Below, in pieces: positions 8,005 through 16,496 of a DNA stretch of 64,000 nucleotides. The notes under the pieces are model-generated. The model was not told the DNA's origin. It searched no databases and saw only the letters and a list, made by a program, of their open reading frames with translations. Where the stretch lies: positions 186,814-250,813 of IMG/VR virus record IMGVR_UViG_3300019458_000020; one strand, given 5' to 3'. Every line of letters starts with the position of its first letter. Position 1 is the stretch's first letter. The position numbers were made by a program, and so were the translations under genes.

Positions 8005-8126
8005 TGGTGGTTGATGTGGAATTGAACCACACCTTCGTAATATTTTGCAACCTTTTCACGAAGTCCTGACCTTTACTCAAACGATTACTTACGCGTTTCA
8101 TCGTTTTTTCGCTTTCAGTTTCAACC
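8005..8126 (-). ncRNA. 122-nt tRNA-like RNA E with two non-tRNA hairpins
   Basis: Acceptor GGTTGA/TCAACC, T arm TGTGG-TTCAATT-CCACA, ACCA; inner stems AAACGAT/ATCGTTT and CTTCGT/ACGAAG. Confidence 0.7.
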
Positions 8127-8135
8127 ATAAAAAAA

Positions 8136-8211
8136 TGGCGCCCCATGTGGGAGTTGAACCCACACGAAATTGTTTTAGAGACAACTGCTCTACCAATTGA
8201 GCTAATGAGGC
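8136..8211 (-). tRNA. amber suppressor tRNA (anticodon CUA)
   Basis: 76-nt canonical cloverleaf: GCCTCAT/ATGGGGC, D arm GCTC/GAGC, GTTGT-CTCTAAA-ACAAT, GTGGG-TTCAACT-CCCAC, G73, CCA. Confidence 0.92.
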
Positions 8212-8295
8212 GTAATGAGGATAGAATGTTGGCTTCGGTGTTTTCACCGTTGCCTTTAGAAACCTATGTTGGTTTAATATTCATTCTATTAATAA

Positions 8296-8323
8296 CTATA
8301 TACCAATTTCGTGTTTTGTCAAG
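8296..8323 (-). promoter_or_regulatory. sigma70-like promoter of the suppressor/mini-tRNA/pth2 unit
   Basis: TTGACA-16 nt-TATAGT on the minus strand. Confidence 0.65.
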
Positions 8324-8330
8324 AAAAAAA

Positions 8331-8368
8331 TAAACCCCCAAGTTTTAACTTGAGGGTTTTGTTTATAA
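8331..8368. terminator. intrinsic terminator after the beta-barrel gene
   Basis: aaacccccaag..cttgagggtttt inverted repeat with A/T-rich flanks. Confidence 0.6.
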
Positions 8369-8397
8369 CCTATTTAATTGTAATCAGATACCGTTAA

Positions 8398-9015
8398 TTA
8401 AAACGGAAATCTAAGGCCCGCTTGGACTGCTCGGCTTCCTTGGCTCCAATGAAAATCAACATTACGATATTGAAATTCTCCGAAGGCTCGGACGTGTTTA
8501 ACAACTTGAACTTCCAGACCCGCCTTTGCAACGTATGACCAAGTATTTCCTTCTTGCCAGTTCAAAACCGTTCCCAATCCACCATAAGGTGCAACGTGTC
8601 TTAACACGGGGCACTTCTCAAAGAGAGGAGCACGGAGTAAAAGCCCAGCATGAACTTCATCAACTTGCAATCGGTCATCGGTACTCTTGTAAATCGGAAC
8701 ATTAGCTTCCAATCCAACCAACTTGGTTGGGAACCAAAAGGCGCCGACAGTCAAATTAACCGTGCGATCTCCTTCACTACGAAGTGTACGGGTTTCGTTT
8801 TGTGGATGACAATATTTATAGGAACGTTCCACTTCATTCGGAACTTCCACTGTTCGAACTGAATCAGGAGGATTCACCAAACAACCAGAACTCAAAGTGA
8901 GTCCAACTTCTCCAGCGTTAAAAAGAGAAGGCACTACAGGACTTGGTGCGGCCTTAACATTAACAACTGAAAACACCGACAAACATGCGATCAATGCGAT
9001 TAATAACTTTTTCAT
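8398..9015 (-). CDS. outer-membrane beta-barrel protein (OmpW/Ail-like size)
   Basis: Cleavable signal peptide (..VNVKA), amphipathic beta strands, C-terminal AGLRFPF signature. Confidence 0.75.
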   Translation of the reverse strand: MKKLLIALIACLSVFSVVNVKAAPSPVVPSLFNAGEVGLTLSSGCLVNPPDSVRTVEVPNEVERSYKYCHPQNETRTLRSEGDRTVNLTVGAFWFPTKLVGLEANVPIYKSTDDRLQVDEVHAGLLLRAPLFEKCPVLRHVAPYGGLGTVLNWQEGNTWSYVAKAGLEVQVVKHVRAFGEFQYRNVDFHWSQGSRAVQAGLRFPF

Positions 9016-9114
9016 TTCTTTCCTTTTGTTTTCTTGTTTTTGTTTATACGGACACTAGTCGTCCGCGTTTCACTAGGGGATTAATATACAACCGAACAAA
9101 AGACAATCAACTTT

Positions 9115-9375
9115 TTATATTTGTTTGTTTTCAATGAATTTATAAAACTCTCTGGCTGTCTTTAAAATTTCATCAGCAGCGAATAATTGACAGGAGTTAT
9201 AATTTGGAGAAGCAATGGCGTGTCTAAGACTGACTGCTAATTCCAATACATGCAATCGAATCTCGTATGCATTTTTATTGACCGTACTAATATATTTTAG
9301 TTCTTTAACTACATTCGGTGTAAGTTGAGTGAATTGCGACTCGTTTTTATCGGAGTCTTTAATAACTTTTTTCAT
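9115..9375 (-). CDS. hypothetical protein
   Basis: ORF containing the segment YEIRLHVLELA..EILKTAREFYKFIE. Confidence 0.6.
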   Translation of the reverse strand: MKKVIKDSDKNESQFTQLTPNVVKELKYISTVNKNAYEIRLHVLELAVSLRHAIASPNYNSCQLFAADEILKTAREFYKFIENKQI

Positions 9376-9454
9376 AATATTTCTTTCTGTATATGTGTGT
9401 TGATTCCAATATAGAATCCACGATACATATTATGAAATTATTCGAAGAAAATAA

Positions 9455-9769
9455 TTATAATTCGCTTCGTTGAATTTGATGAATTTGTTGGATAGTGGGT
9501 GCAATCTCTTCCAACAATCTTATAACTTGGTCCAACTTTTGCTTAGCTATATCTGTGGTAGGTTTATTCGGATGGGTTCGATATAATTCATGAAAACCCG
9601 AAACTTCATCATAAATCGTTTCTAATTGAGATATCATTTTATTCCACGGCTGACCAATCATTGTACTTGGTGCGACATTGGCTTTTAATCTCTCCAAATC
9701 CGTCAATTCTTCCTTAATGACTTCGTTGACGGTTTCTCGAATTAAAGTTTGTAATTCTTCACGTTTCAT
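9455..9769 (-). CDS. hypothetical protein
   Basis: MKREELQTLIRETVNEVI N-terminus; ATGA overlap with the upstream gene. Confidence 0.7.
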   Translation of the reverse strand: MKREELQTLIRETVNEVIKEELTDLERLKANVAPSTMIGQPWNKMISQLETIYDEVSGFHELYRTHPNKPTTDIAKQKLDQVIRLLEEIAPTIQQIHQIQRSEL

Positions 9770-10371
9770 AGTTTATACATTTTGGAGTATTTATCTCTCG
9801 AATTATGAATACTATCAACGAATTGAACGGCCCATTCTTGTTTATCTCTTGGGAAATTCTTTTTGATAATTAATTTTGCACCTTCGGGGTCAACCAAAGC
9901 AGCCAATTCTAAATTCTTTTTGATGACTCTCTTTTTTTGTTCTCCGGCGGACCAAACACGATGGTCATCGGAATAATCATGATACCAATCTACATGTTGA
10001 GAAGAAACATCTAATTGTTTTAAAACTTCTTCTGGATTTAATTCGGTTGGAGGGAAGGATTTGGCATAATTGGCATTCTGTTTCTCTTGCCACAATCTTT
10101 TTGCAACACCGTATAAATCTCTCTTAAATTTGTAAGGAGTTTTGTAAACAATTTGTCCAGTTGAACCACTATAGTCTCCGACTTTATTAAAAGAAATGTG
10201 TGCTTCATCTTTGGCCGAATCTGAACCATACGATATTGTATATCCGGACGGGTTTTGAGTTAAGAAATCAGAAATGGCGGCTTCTGCCTTCTTTATTTCT
10301 TCTTCAGGCATAGTCTCTTGAGAAGCACCCATCAAACCCTCGAATATTCTATTTCTTTGTTCTTGATTCAT
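9766..10371 (-). CDS. hypothetical protein
   Basis: 201-aa ORF, TATTTAT motif upstream. Confidence 0.7.
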   Translation of the reverse strand: MNQEQRNRIFEGLMGASQETMPEEEIKKAEAAISDFLTQNPSGYTISYGSDSAKDEAHISFNKVGDYSGSTGQIVYKTPYKFKRDLYGVAKRLWQEKQNANYAKSFPPTELNPEEVLKQLDVSSQHVDWYHDYSDDHRVWSAGEQKKRVIKKNLELAALVDPEGAKLIIKKNFPRDKQEWAVQFVDSIHNSRDKYSKMYKL

Positions 10372-10428
10372 ATTTTATAAAAGCCTATGTCTATAAATAT
10401 AAATTGGCAAGAGGAATGGACAAAAAAA

Positions 10429-10836
10429 TGGTGGACCTAGTTGGAGTTGAACCAACGTGTTGAAAACCAAAGATATCCAGCAACTACATGTTTAGTTCGT
10501 TTGTGTATTCGCCTGTATGATAAACGAACAAACTGTCAGGCATAGATTGGCATACTGGCCTTTCGAATCAGTCTTGTAATTAAAACCACAAGCAGTTCTC
10601 CCTCTGTTTTACGCCGTTTTTGACCTAGAGGAGTCAGTCAATACGACGGAACGGATATTAGGCCGCTACTGCGTTGAATTCGATTTCAACATTATTCATA
10701 TTGAAAGAAAAATCAACATTTTGCAAACGAGTAAGTTTAGCATTTATTTTTCCGTCATCTTTTTTAAGAGGCCAGACGACCAACCTCTACATGCTCTGTG
10801 TATCCTATAATCTTCAGTCGATACCATTATAGGCCC
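10429..10836 (-). ncRNA. ssrA: tmRNA, predicted tag AKLTRLQNVDFSFNMNNVEIEFNAVAA
   Basis: 5' GGGCCTATAATGGTATCGAC, 3' GGTTCAACTCC..TAGGTCCACCA with G3-U70; ATAAAT-GCT resume context at 10741, UAA at 10660-10658. Confidence 0.93.
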
Positions 10837-10865
10837 ACAAGTATCAATAAATATACTACGAAATG

Positions 10866-11360
10866 TTAAACTGTCAACTCTTTTTCAAGAAATTGAACCC
10901 AACCATCGAAATTGTAAGCTATTCCACTGTATCCAATTTTATCAAATGCCAAGGCACCTAGCTGTTTATAATAATCCGGTGAAGGTGAGGCATGAACTTT
11001 ATAGGTATATTCAAATCGTTCTTTAAATATACTTAATCCAACGATACAAGAATCCGCCACGTCAGACATGTTTCTTGATTTTATTTTTTCATCCAACAAT
11101 CCAAACGTTATTGGTTGATGAATGTATCTAACAATAGATTGAAATATTCTAACTGTGTCTTCTTCATTTTTCTGATATTGACAAAGTGTACACAGAATCC
11201 AATCGGTTCCATGTAAGGGGATAAATTTTGGTATGTCCTTTAATTGTTCGGCAATGTAACCACGAAGACGAAACTGTTGATCCGAATCCGATTCGATATA
11301 TAAATCTTTGAATGATTCGGCTTTTTTGCCATCATACATTAATTCTAGTAATCCATACAT
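10866..11360 (-). CDS. hypothetical protein
   Basis: 164-aa ORF, TATTTAT motif upstream. Confidence 0.7.
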   Translation of the reverse strand: MYGLLELMYDGKKAESFKDLYIESDSDQQFRLRGYIAEQLKDIPKFIPLHGTDWILCTLCQYQKNEEDTVRIFQSIVRYIHQPITFGLLDEKIKSRNMSDVADSCIVGLSIFKERFEYTYKVHASPSPDYYKQLGALAFDKIGYSGIAYNFDGWVQFLEKELTV

Positions 11361-11392
11361 ACCAATAAATATTGGTATAATATCTCATTGCG

Positions 11393-12013
11393 TCAAAGAA
11401 TTTCAAAGTCGCCAGTAAATTCTATGATTTCATCCCGATCATACTTTTCATCGTGTTTATGGAATGGAAATTTTTTGTTTTTAAATCTTTCTCGCATCTC
11501 ATGAGACGCATAAGGCAACAAAGATTTATTGAAAATTTTATTCATCTCAGGAGCATAGGATTCTAATTTTGAACACAATGCAGTAACTTCATTGAAAGTA
11601 ATGGAGTCTATTTCACCATATTCGGTTATATCTATTGACCCTCTTAAAAAGAAATCCATTCGTTCGGGACCACCGGACATCATCATACATTCTCTAAGTA
11701 ACATTCCTTTTTTAGAATCCAGTAATTTTATACCTAATTCTGCAAATAAAACACAACCAGAGGTTTTCTTGGTGGTGTGATGAAGCCTGTGGCCGGCTTC
11801 AACAATCACAAACGCTGCGCCTTCCTTGGTATTCCATAATTCATTAACACTTCCTACCAATCCTTTACTTATATTTTTACTGTATTCCGTCCATGCATCT
11901 TGAAATTTTCGTTCTAAAAAATATTCACTACTATTTCCGACGCACATCATACTCAATGGTATTTCAGCATCGACTTTAAAGAGAGTATCTTCTAATAAGT
12001 TTACAGGTATCAT
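11393..12013 (-). CDS. hypothetical protein
   Basis: 206-aa ORF in operon. Confidence 0.7.
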   Translation of the reverse strand: MIPVNLLEDTLFKVDAEIPLSMMCVGNSSEYFLERKFQDAWTEYSKNISKGLVGSVNELWNTKEGAAFVIVEAGHRLHHTTKKTSGCVLFAELGIKLLDSKKGMLLRECMMMSGGPERMDFFLRGSIDITEYGEIDSITFNEVTALCSKLESYAPEMNKIFNKSLLPYASHEMRERFKNKKFPFHKHDEKYDRDEIIEFTGDFEIL

Positions 12014-12441
12014 AAACTAAACAATGTCTTCTTGAAAAGTTTTTCCCTAGAAAAACATACAGAGTTAAAAGTAATAGAATTCATGTGTAAACTCCTAATG
12101 TATGCCGGGTCTTTATCACCAACCGGAAACTCTTCCCAATCAGATTCTCCGGTTAAATAAAATCTTCCTGACTTAATAATCGTATCAATATCCGTGTCAT
12201 CATTTTCTATTAGATGAATATCCATAAGAATGTTTCTTCGGTCATCTATATAGATTGCCGTCGCATACATCGAATCGCCCTCCAAACTAAAATACTGTTT
12301 ACCGCTGGAAAACACTCCACGAGAAAATTGATATATAGCCTCTTGAATCAACGATTCATTTTCATTTAATACCATCAACCGTGAGTCTTCTATACCAATG
12401 TGTAGGTGAATAGTTCGGTGTGTTAAATCTTTATTAGTCAT
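12010..12441 (-). CDS. hypothetical protein
   Basis: ATGA overlap with the downstream gene. Confidence 0.7.
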   Translation of the reverse strand: MTNKDLTHRTIHLHIGIEDSRLMVLNENESLIQEAIYQFSRGVFSSGKQYFSLEGDSMYATAIYIDDRRNILMDIHLIENDDTDIDTIIKSGRFYLTGESDWEEFPVGDKDPAYIRSLHMNSITFNSVCFSREKLFKKTLFSL

Positions 12442-12741
12442 AGGTCATTTATTATTTAACATTTCTCCATTTAACCGCAGTTTTAATGAATACACATATC
12501 CATTTATAGTTTTTCATACTAAAACCCAATTTTGCAAAATCTTATTTCCACTAAACTTGTGAAGAAAGATATTCTTAAAAATAATACATTATCATAAGAC
12601 ATATACCATAAAACGACAACTTATTATAAAAAGTCTTCCCAAGAAAAAATTTTGCCCTGTGGCATTTTTGAAAATCGACCAAGAAGGACAAAAACTCATA
12701 TAGGGAAAACGCTAGAATGACGATTGAAGATATTAAAACCG

Positions 12742-13758
12742 CTAATACAAACGATTTAACTTTGGTTCTGTTACTAACCGTTTTTTATATTTCACCCAAT
12801 CACTCTCCCAGATATAAAAAACCTCATAACCAATCGACCTCAAACGATTTAATCGTTCCATAGTTTTATTGTATAAAAATCCATAAGTCACTCCTTTGGC
12901 TTTGTTCATGTCTCCGAGGTTATATCGTTCCGGATTACCATGCCAATAATCGCCTAAAAATTCATATATGGTATTATCTATGATTCCATCCACAACCATA
13001 GAGTCTATTGATTGTTGTCTTTTAATAATTCCATAGTGGTCAAGAAATTCTTTTTCAATTGGGGATTCATATCGATTCCAAGAACACTCGATACACGGAG
13101 CAGACTTTTTTTCATATAAAATAGCTTGATACCTACAAGTATATTCTACTTCTTTTTTACAAAACGAACATATTCTACACCATTTTTTTATATGTTCTTT
13201 AAAGAAAATACCATCCACTTGTTTTTTTCTATGTTTTCTTGTAATTAATTTTATATTTGATTTTTTTGTTAAATAATTTGTATGACATATCATACAATTT
13301 CTATTTTTTATTTCGGATTGAACCGCGTTGTCTTTTCGACTGTATTCTGTTTCTTTTTTACATTTTGGACAAATTCTACACCAAAACCCGTTTTTATTTA
13401 AAAATACATTATTATATATTTTTGGAGATTTCATAGAATCTCTCATTTTTTGTTTTGTTTCTTCTGAAACTTTGTGATTTTTATTCCTACAAGCACCACA
13501 TAATTTATTATTATTAAACGAAACTTTGGCGTTCCATTTGTGTGAAAAAACAATCTCCTTGTTACAATCAGGACATTTTTACACCATTTAGATTGTGGAT
13601 TTTTATAAATCATTGACGTTGTTAAATTTAAAGTGGATATATTGTTCCTTTTTCTTTTGATTAATCTTATCCTTGTTTCTCAAGTAATACTCCATCTGTC
13701 TTTTACGACGGGCAATTAGTTGTTCCTCTTCAGTGATATACTTTTTATGTCTTCCCAT
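12742..13758 (-). pseudogene. zinc-finger plus Vsr/DUF559-like endonuclease, frameshifted at the 5' end
   Basis: Repeated WCRICPKC/WCRICSFC fingers and EFLGDYWHGNP...IWESDW; intact frame 12742-13446, upstream frame broken near 13580 (tgg tgt aaa aa tgt). Confidence 0.7.
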
Positions 13759-14112
13759 ATTTAATACATAGATTTGAGTAGAATAAAAGTAGAGTAATTT
13801 ATGTTATAAAAATTTCTTCCCTGTGGTTTTTTGGAAAATGAGTATGATTAACCGAAAAGATGAGTAATAAAATTGACTCTTCACTCTACTTTTATTTTAG
13901 ACCAAATTTTTGTCTGTGATCAGCGAATGGACAAGGGGCGGCTGGGGGACCCCCCAAAACGGCTATCACGAAGGCCACCAAGCCCCTATATAGGGGGGGC
14001 TAAAATGGGGCTTTTTTAGGGTTTTTATACCCCTTGCCCGTAGGGGCTGGAGGGAGGGTAAATGGTGGCTATTAAGCTGGCTCCGTAGGGGAGGGTTTGT
14101 TCTTTTAGAAGA

Positions 14113-14172
14113 GGGCAGTCATTCGGTAGTAACTTAACCGTAGTGACTGCTCCGGTGATTTATCTCTCACCG
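14113..14172 (-). ncRNA. candidate two-hairpin small RNA
   Basis: TTGACA-17-TATAAT promoter near 14215, then CGGTGA/TCACCG and GCAGTCA/TGACTGC stems; no ORF. Confidence 0.45.
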
Positions 14173-14224
14173 ATTGAGATTGTTATTATTATACAACAAT
14201 CTCAGAAGATGTCAAATCCTTTTC

Positions 14225-14431
14225 TTAAGCAACCTTGGTGAAATTACCAAAGGGATTCATTCCACTTTCCAGCATGGTGACTTGCCATTGGTTCGTGCAT
14301 TGGTCGAGCAACTTCTCATATTCGTCCTGTTCCGGTTCAGGTTGAGGAAACAAATCAAGTTGTTCAGTTGGAGTGATAGTCATAAGGTCTTTCAGGTCAG
14401 ACTCGGCAGAGATATTGGAGAAATCGTTCAT
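14225..14431 (-). CDS. hypothetical acidic protein
   Basis: ATG 6 nt after a TATAAT box. Confidence 0.6.
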   Translation of the reverse strand: MNDFSNISAESDLKDLMTITPTEQLDLFPQPEPEQDEYEKLLDQCTNQWQVTMLESGMNPFGNFTKVA

Positions 14432-14829
14432 GTAATTATTATACATTATCCCTTGTTGATGGCAAGAGAATCTTTTAACTTAATCCATCAAAGGAAGCGA
14501 CCTGTAGTAAGAGTCAAGGCTCTCCTTTGTCCGATGGGCCTTGAAGGTTCTCGTATCAGGACTACCATAGTTGCCGAATATGATAGGTTTCTCCTATCTT
14601 TAGGTCTTTGATTTTCATAGGTATTAGTGCCGTTCTCCACTGGCAACGATTTCACCAAGTTGTCATTCGTCAAGAGATTTGATACGTTTCTTTGCCGTTT
14701 GTTCGTCATCCTTCCGACCAGCTTTGTATGACTCCAACTGAATTTTACGAATCTGTTTGGCGAAGTTCTTATTGCCAATGCAGTGGTGAAGCTTAAATTC
14801 CCTTGCCCAATCGTCTGGAGTGTTCATAT

Positions 14830-15036
14830 TCAATCCATTGATTCCTGAGACGTAATACGATACCATTTACGGCCGCGGTTTAAGCCACGGTCTTTAGGCG
14901 TCATACCAACGGTGTCTTCATTGAAGATTGGCCAAAGGGCGGATCCTTCGAGTGAATGCATATCGCCTTTCTCAATTTTTTCATCTGGCCCAAGTTCTCG
15001 AAAATGGAATAGAATTTTCATCTTAGAATCCTCCAA
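14830..15036 (-). CDS. hypothetical protein
   Basis: Short ORF in the early region. Confidence 0.5.
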   Translation of the reverse strand: MEDSKMKILFHFRELGPDEKIEKGDMHSLEGSALWPIFNEDTVGMTPKDRGLNRGRKWYRITSQESMD

Positions 15037-15353
15037 GGAATGTTAGTACCCACTGTGAACCACGTTTCTGAACTTTAAAGGTGGCCGTTGACCCGGTGAA
15101 ATACCGAAGGAAATCGGTCAAGTCTTGAAGATCATCGAAGAAAATTTTACCGTTCATGATGGTATATTATCCTTTTTATGTTTATTTGTCAAGCACGATT
15201 TTAATTTCTTTCAAAGTTTCTCTAATGGGTTTAAGGTCAACGAATACCGCACGAATGGCAACCATTTATGATACCTGCCAAGGTGGATTCAATCCTTTTC
15301 AATAAGGCTAGTTCATGAAAAGGAGAACGGGGATTCCTTTCCCCGTGATTGAC

Positions 15354-15650
15354 TTAGGCAGCGATGAGCTGCTTGACGTGTTCGGGCATAGGACCATCGG
15401 ATTCGCTCCAAACCCTTCGAGCAATGGCCTTGATTTCTGCCACGTAGTTATCGCCCATTTCAAACGTGCCGTAAGTGGCATCGGACTTAGCAGCCACGAA
15501 CCATCTGGAATAAGGATTTCCATTTTCCTTTTCAGGTGTTTGATATTTTTTCAACACCAAATATGTAATAGTTCCCAGATCTCCAGCATAGCCATGCCAA
15601 ATCTCGTAGGGATTTGAAATTGGCCGAGTTTTTCCACACAGATTTTTCAT
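15354..15650 (-). CDS. hypothetical protein
   Basis: Own promoter; PYEIW..YLVLKKYQ..RWFVAAKS..FEMGD..YV. Confidence 0.75.
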   Translation of the reverse strand: MKNLCGKTRPISNPYEIWHGYAGDLGTITYLVLKKYQTPEKENGNPYSRWFVAAKSDATYGTFEMGDNYVAEIKAIARRVWSESDGPMPEHVKQLIAA

Positions 15651-15756
15651 ATAAAGATACTAATTCATTTTCATATTTATGTCAAATGATTTTTGGCTGT
15701 TTTGTGGCATTACTTACAAATTTTTAATTGATTTGGTGATTTCCATGTCATCATAG

Positions 15757-16017
15757 TTATTCCTCAATAATATTCTGAGGAAGCTTGATAAGTGCCGACT
15801 TTCGGATGCCACAGAACTTGGCTACTTTCTTCTCGCTAATGGCATGAACTGTGAGATATTGCTTGTCGTAATGACTTCCAACAGGCTTACCAGCTAAGTA
15901 TTCCTTTTGACGAATAATCAAACGAACAACGGCACCCCGTTTATATTCGCTTGTAACGACATACAAATCGTCACTTAGAAGACAGTTTTCGCCGTCAAAG
16001 GCCTTGATGAATTTCAT
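15757..16017 (-). CDS. hypothetical protein
   Basis: ORF in the early region. Confidence 0.6.
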   Translation of the reverse strand: MKFIKAFDGENCLLSDDLYVVTSEYKRGAVVRLIIRQKEYLAGKPVGSHYDKQYLTVHAISEKKVAKFCGIRKSALIKLPQNIIEE

Positions 16018-16054
16018 GGAATGTTGAGAGAATCTATCCTATTTAACTGGCTTG

Positions 16055-16426
16055 TCAAGCGGTCAGTTTGAATTCTGTTTGGGTATGTTCAACCAGATGG
16101 GCAAAGTCTTCATTATTGACATCGACGTGAACGTTTTGTGCTTCAGTGGCCGTGAACCGAAAACCAGGCGAACAACCACAAAAACAACCGGAATACTGAC
16201 TCCATGTAAAATCCTTGGCGACAATCCCTTTCTTCTTGAATTCATCAATGACTTGAGGAATGACAACCTTACGATACAGGTTGTAAGGGCGAGAATGCCG
16301 ATTCATCAGGTTTTCAAGGATTGTCTCACCTTTGGACCGGATATACAGACGGCAGTTGAGGGTGGAGAACCTCTGTTTTCGGGCAGAACGGGATGTCGGA
16401 TTTAGCGGACGAAATTTAATGTTCAT
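16055..16426 (-). CDS. hypothetical protein
   Basis: Own promoter; WSQYSGCFCGCSPGF motif. Confidence 0.75.
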   Translation of the reverse strand: MNIKFRPLNPTSRSARKQRFSTLNCRLYIRSKGETILENLMNRHSRPYNLYRKVVIPQVIDEFKKKGIVAKDFTWSQYSGCFCGCSPGFRFTATEAQNVHVDVNNEDFAHLVEHTQTEFKLTA

Positions 16427-16496
16427 GGTTGGAATATATCAAACAATTGTGTGTTGTCAAGTCTTGACATTACAAAAAGATACGGTAATCTACCAC

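Noticed and set aside
7619-8146. 175-aa ORF from the ORF track
   Set aside because: It runs through five tRNA-like RNAs and the suppressor tRNA 3' end. Its translation (GSSPSP, GSIPSL, WFNST) is what T arms give when translated.
8222-8288. Purine or c-di-GMP riboswitch in the leader of the suppressor tRNA
   Set aside because: A three-way fold (AGAATG/CATTCT, AAACC/GGTTT, CGGTG-AAAA-CACCG) is possible, but the conserved junction and loop nucleotides of those families are absent or out of order.
14174-14778. ORFs 14174-14611 (+) and 14488-14778 (-)
   Set aside because: They overlap better-supported promoter-linked small genes and have no recognisable features.
16332-16496. N-terminal extension of lepB in the ORF track
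   Set aside because: It spans the divergent promoter pair; the ATG at 16497 follows the -10 box and gives a normal TM anchor.
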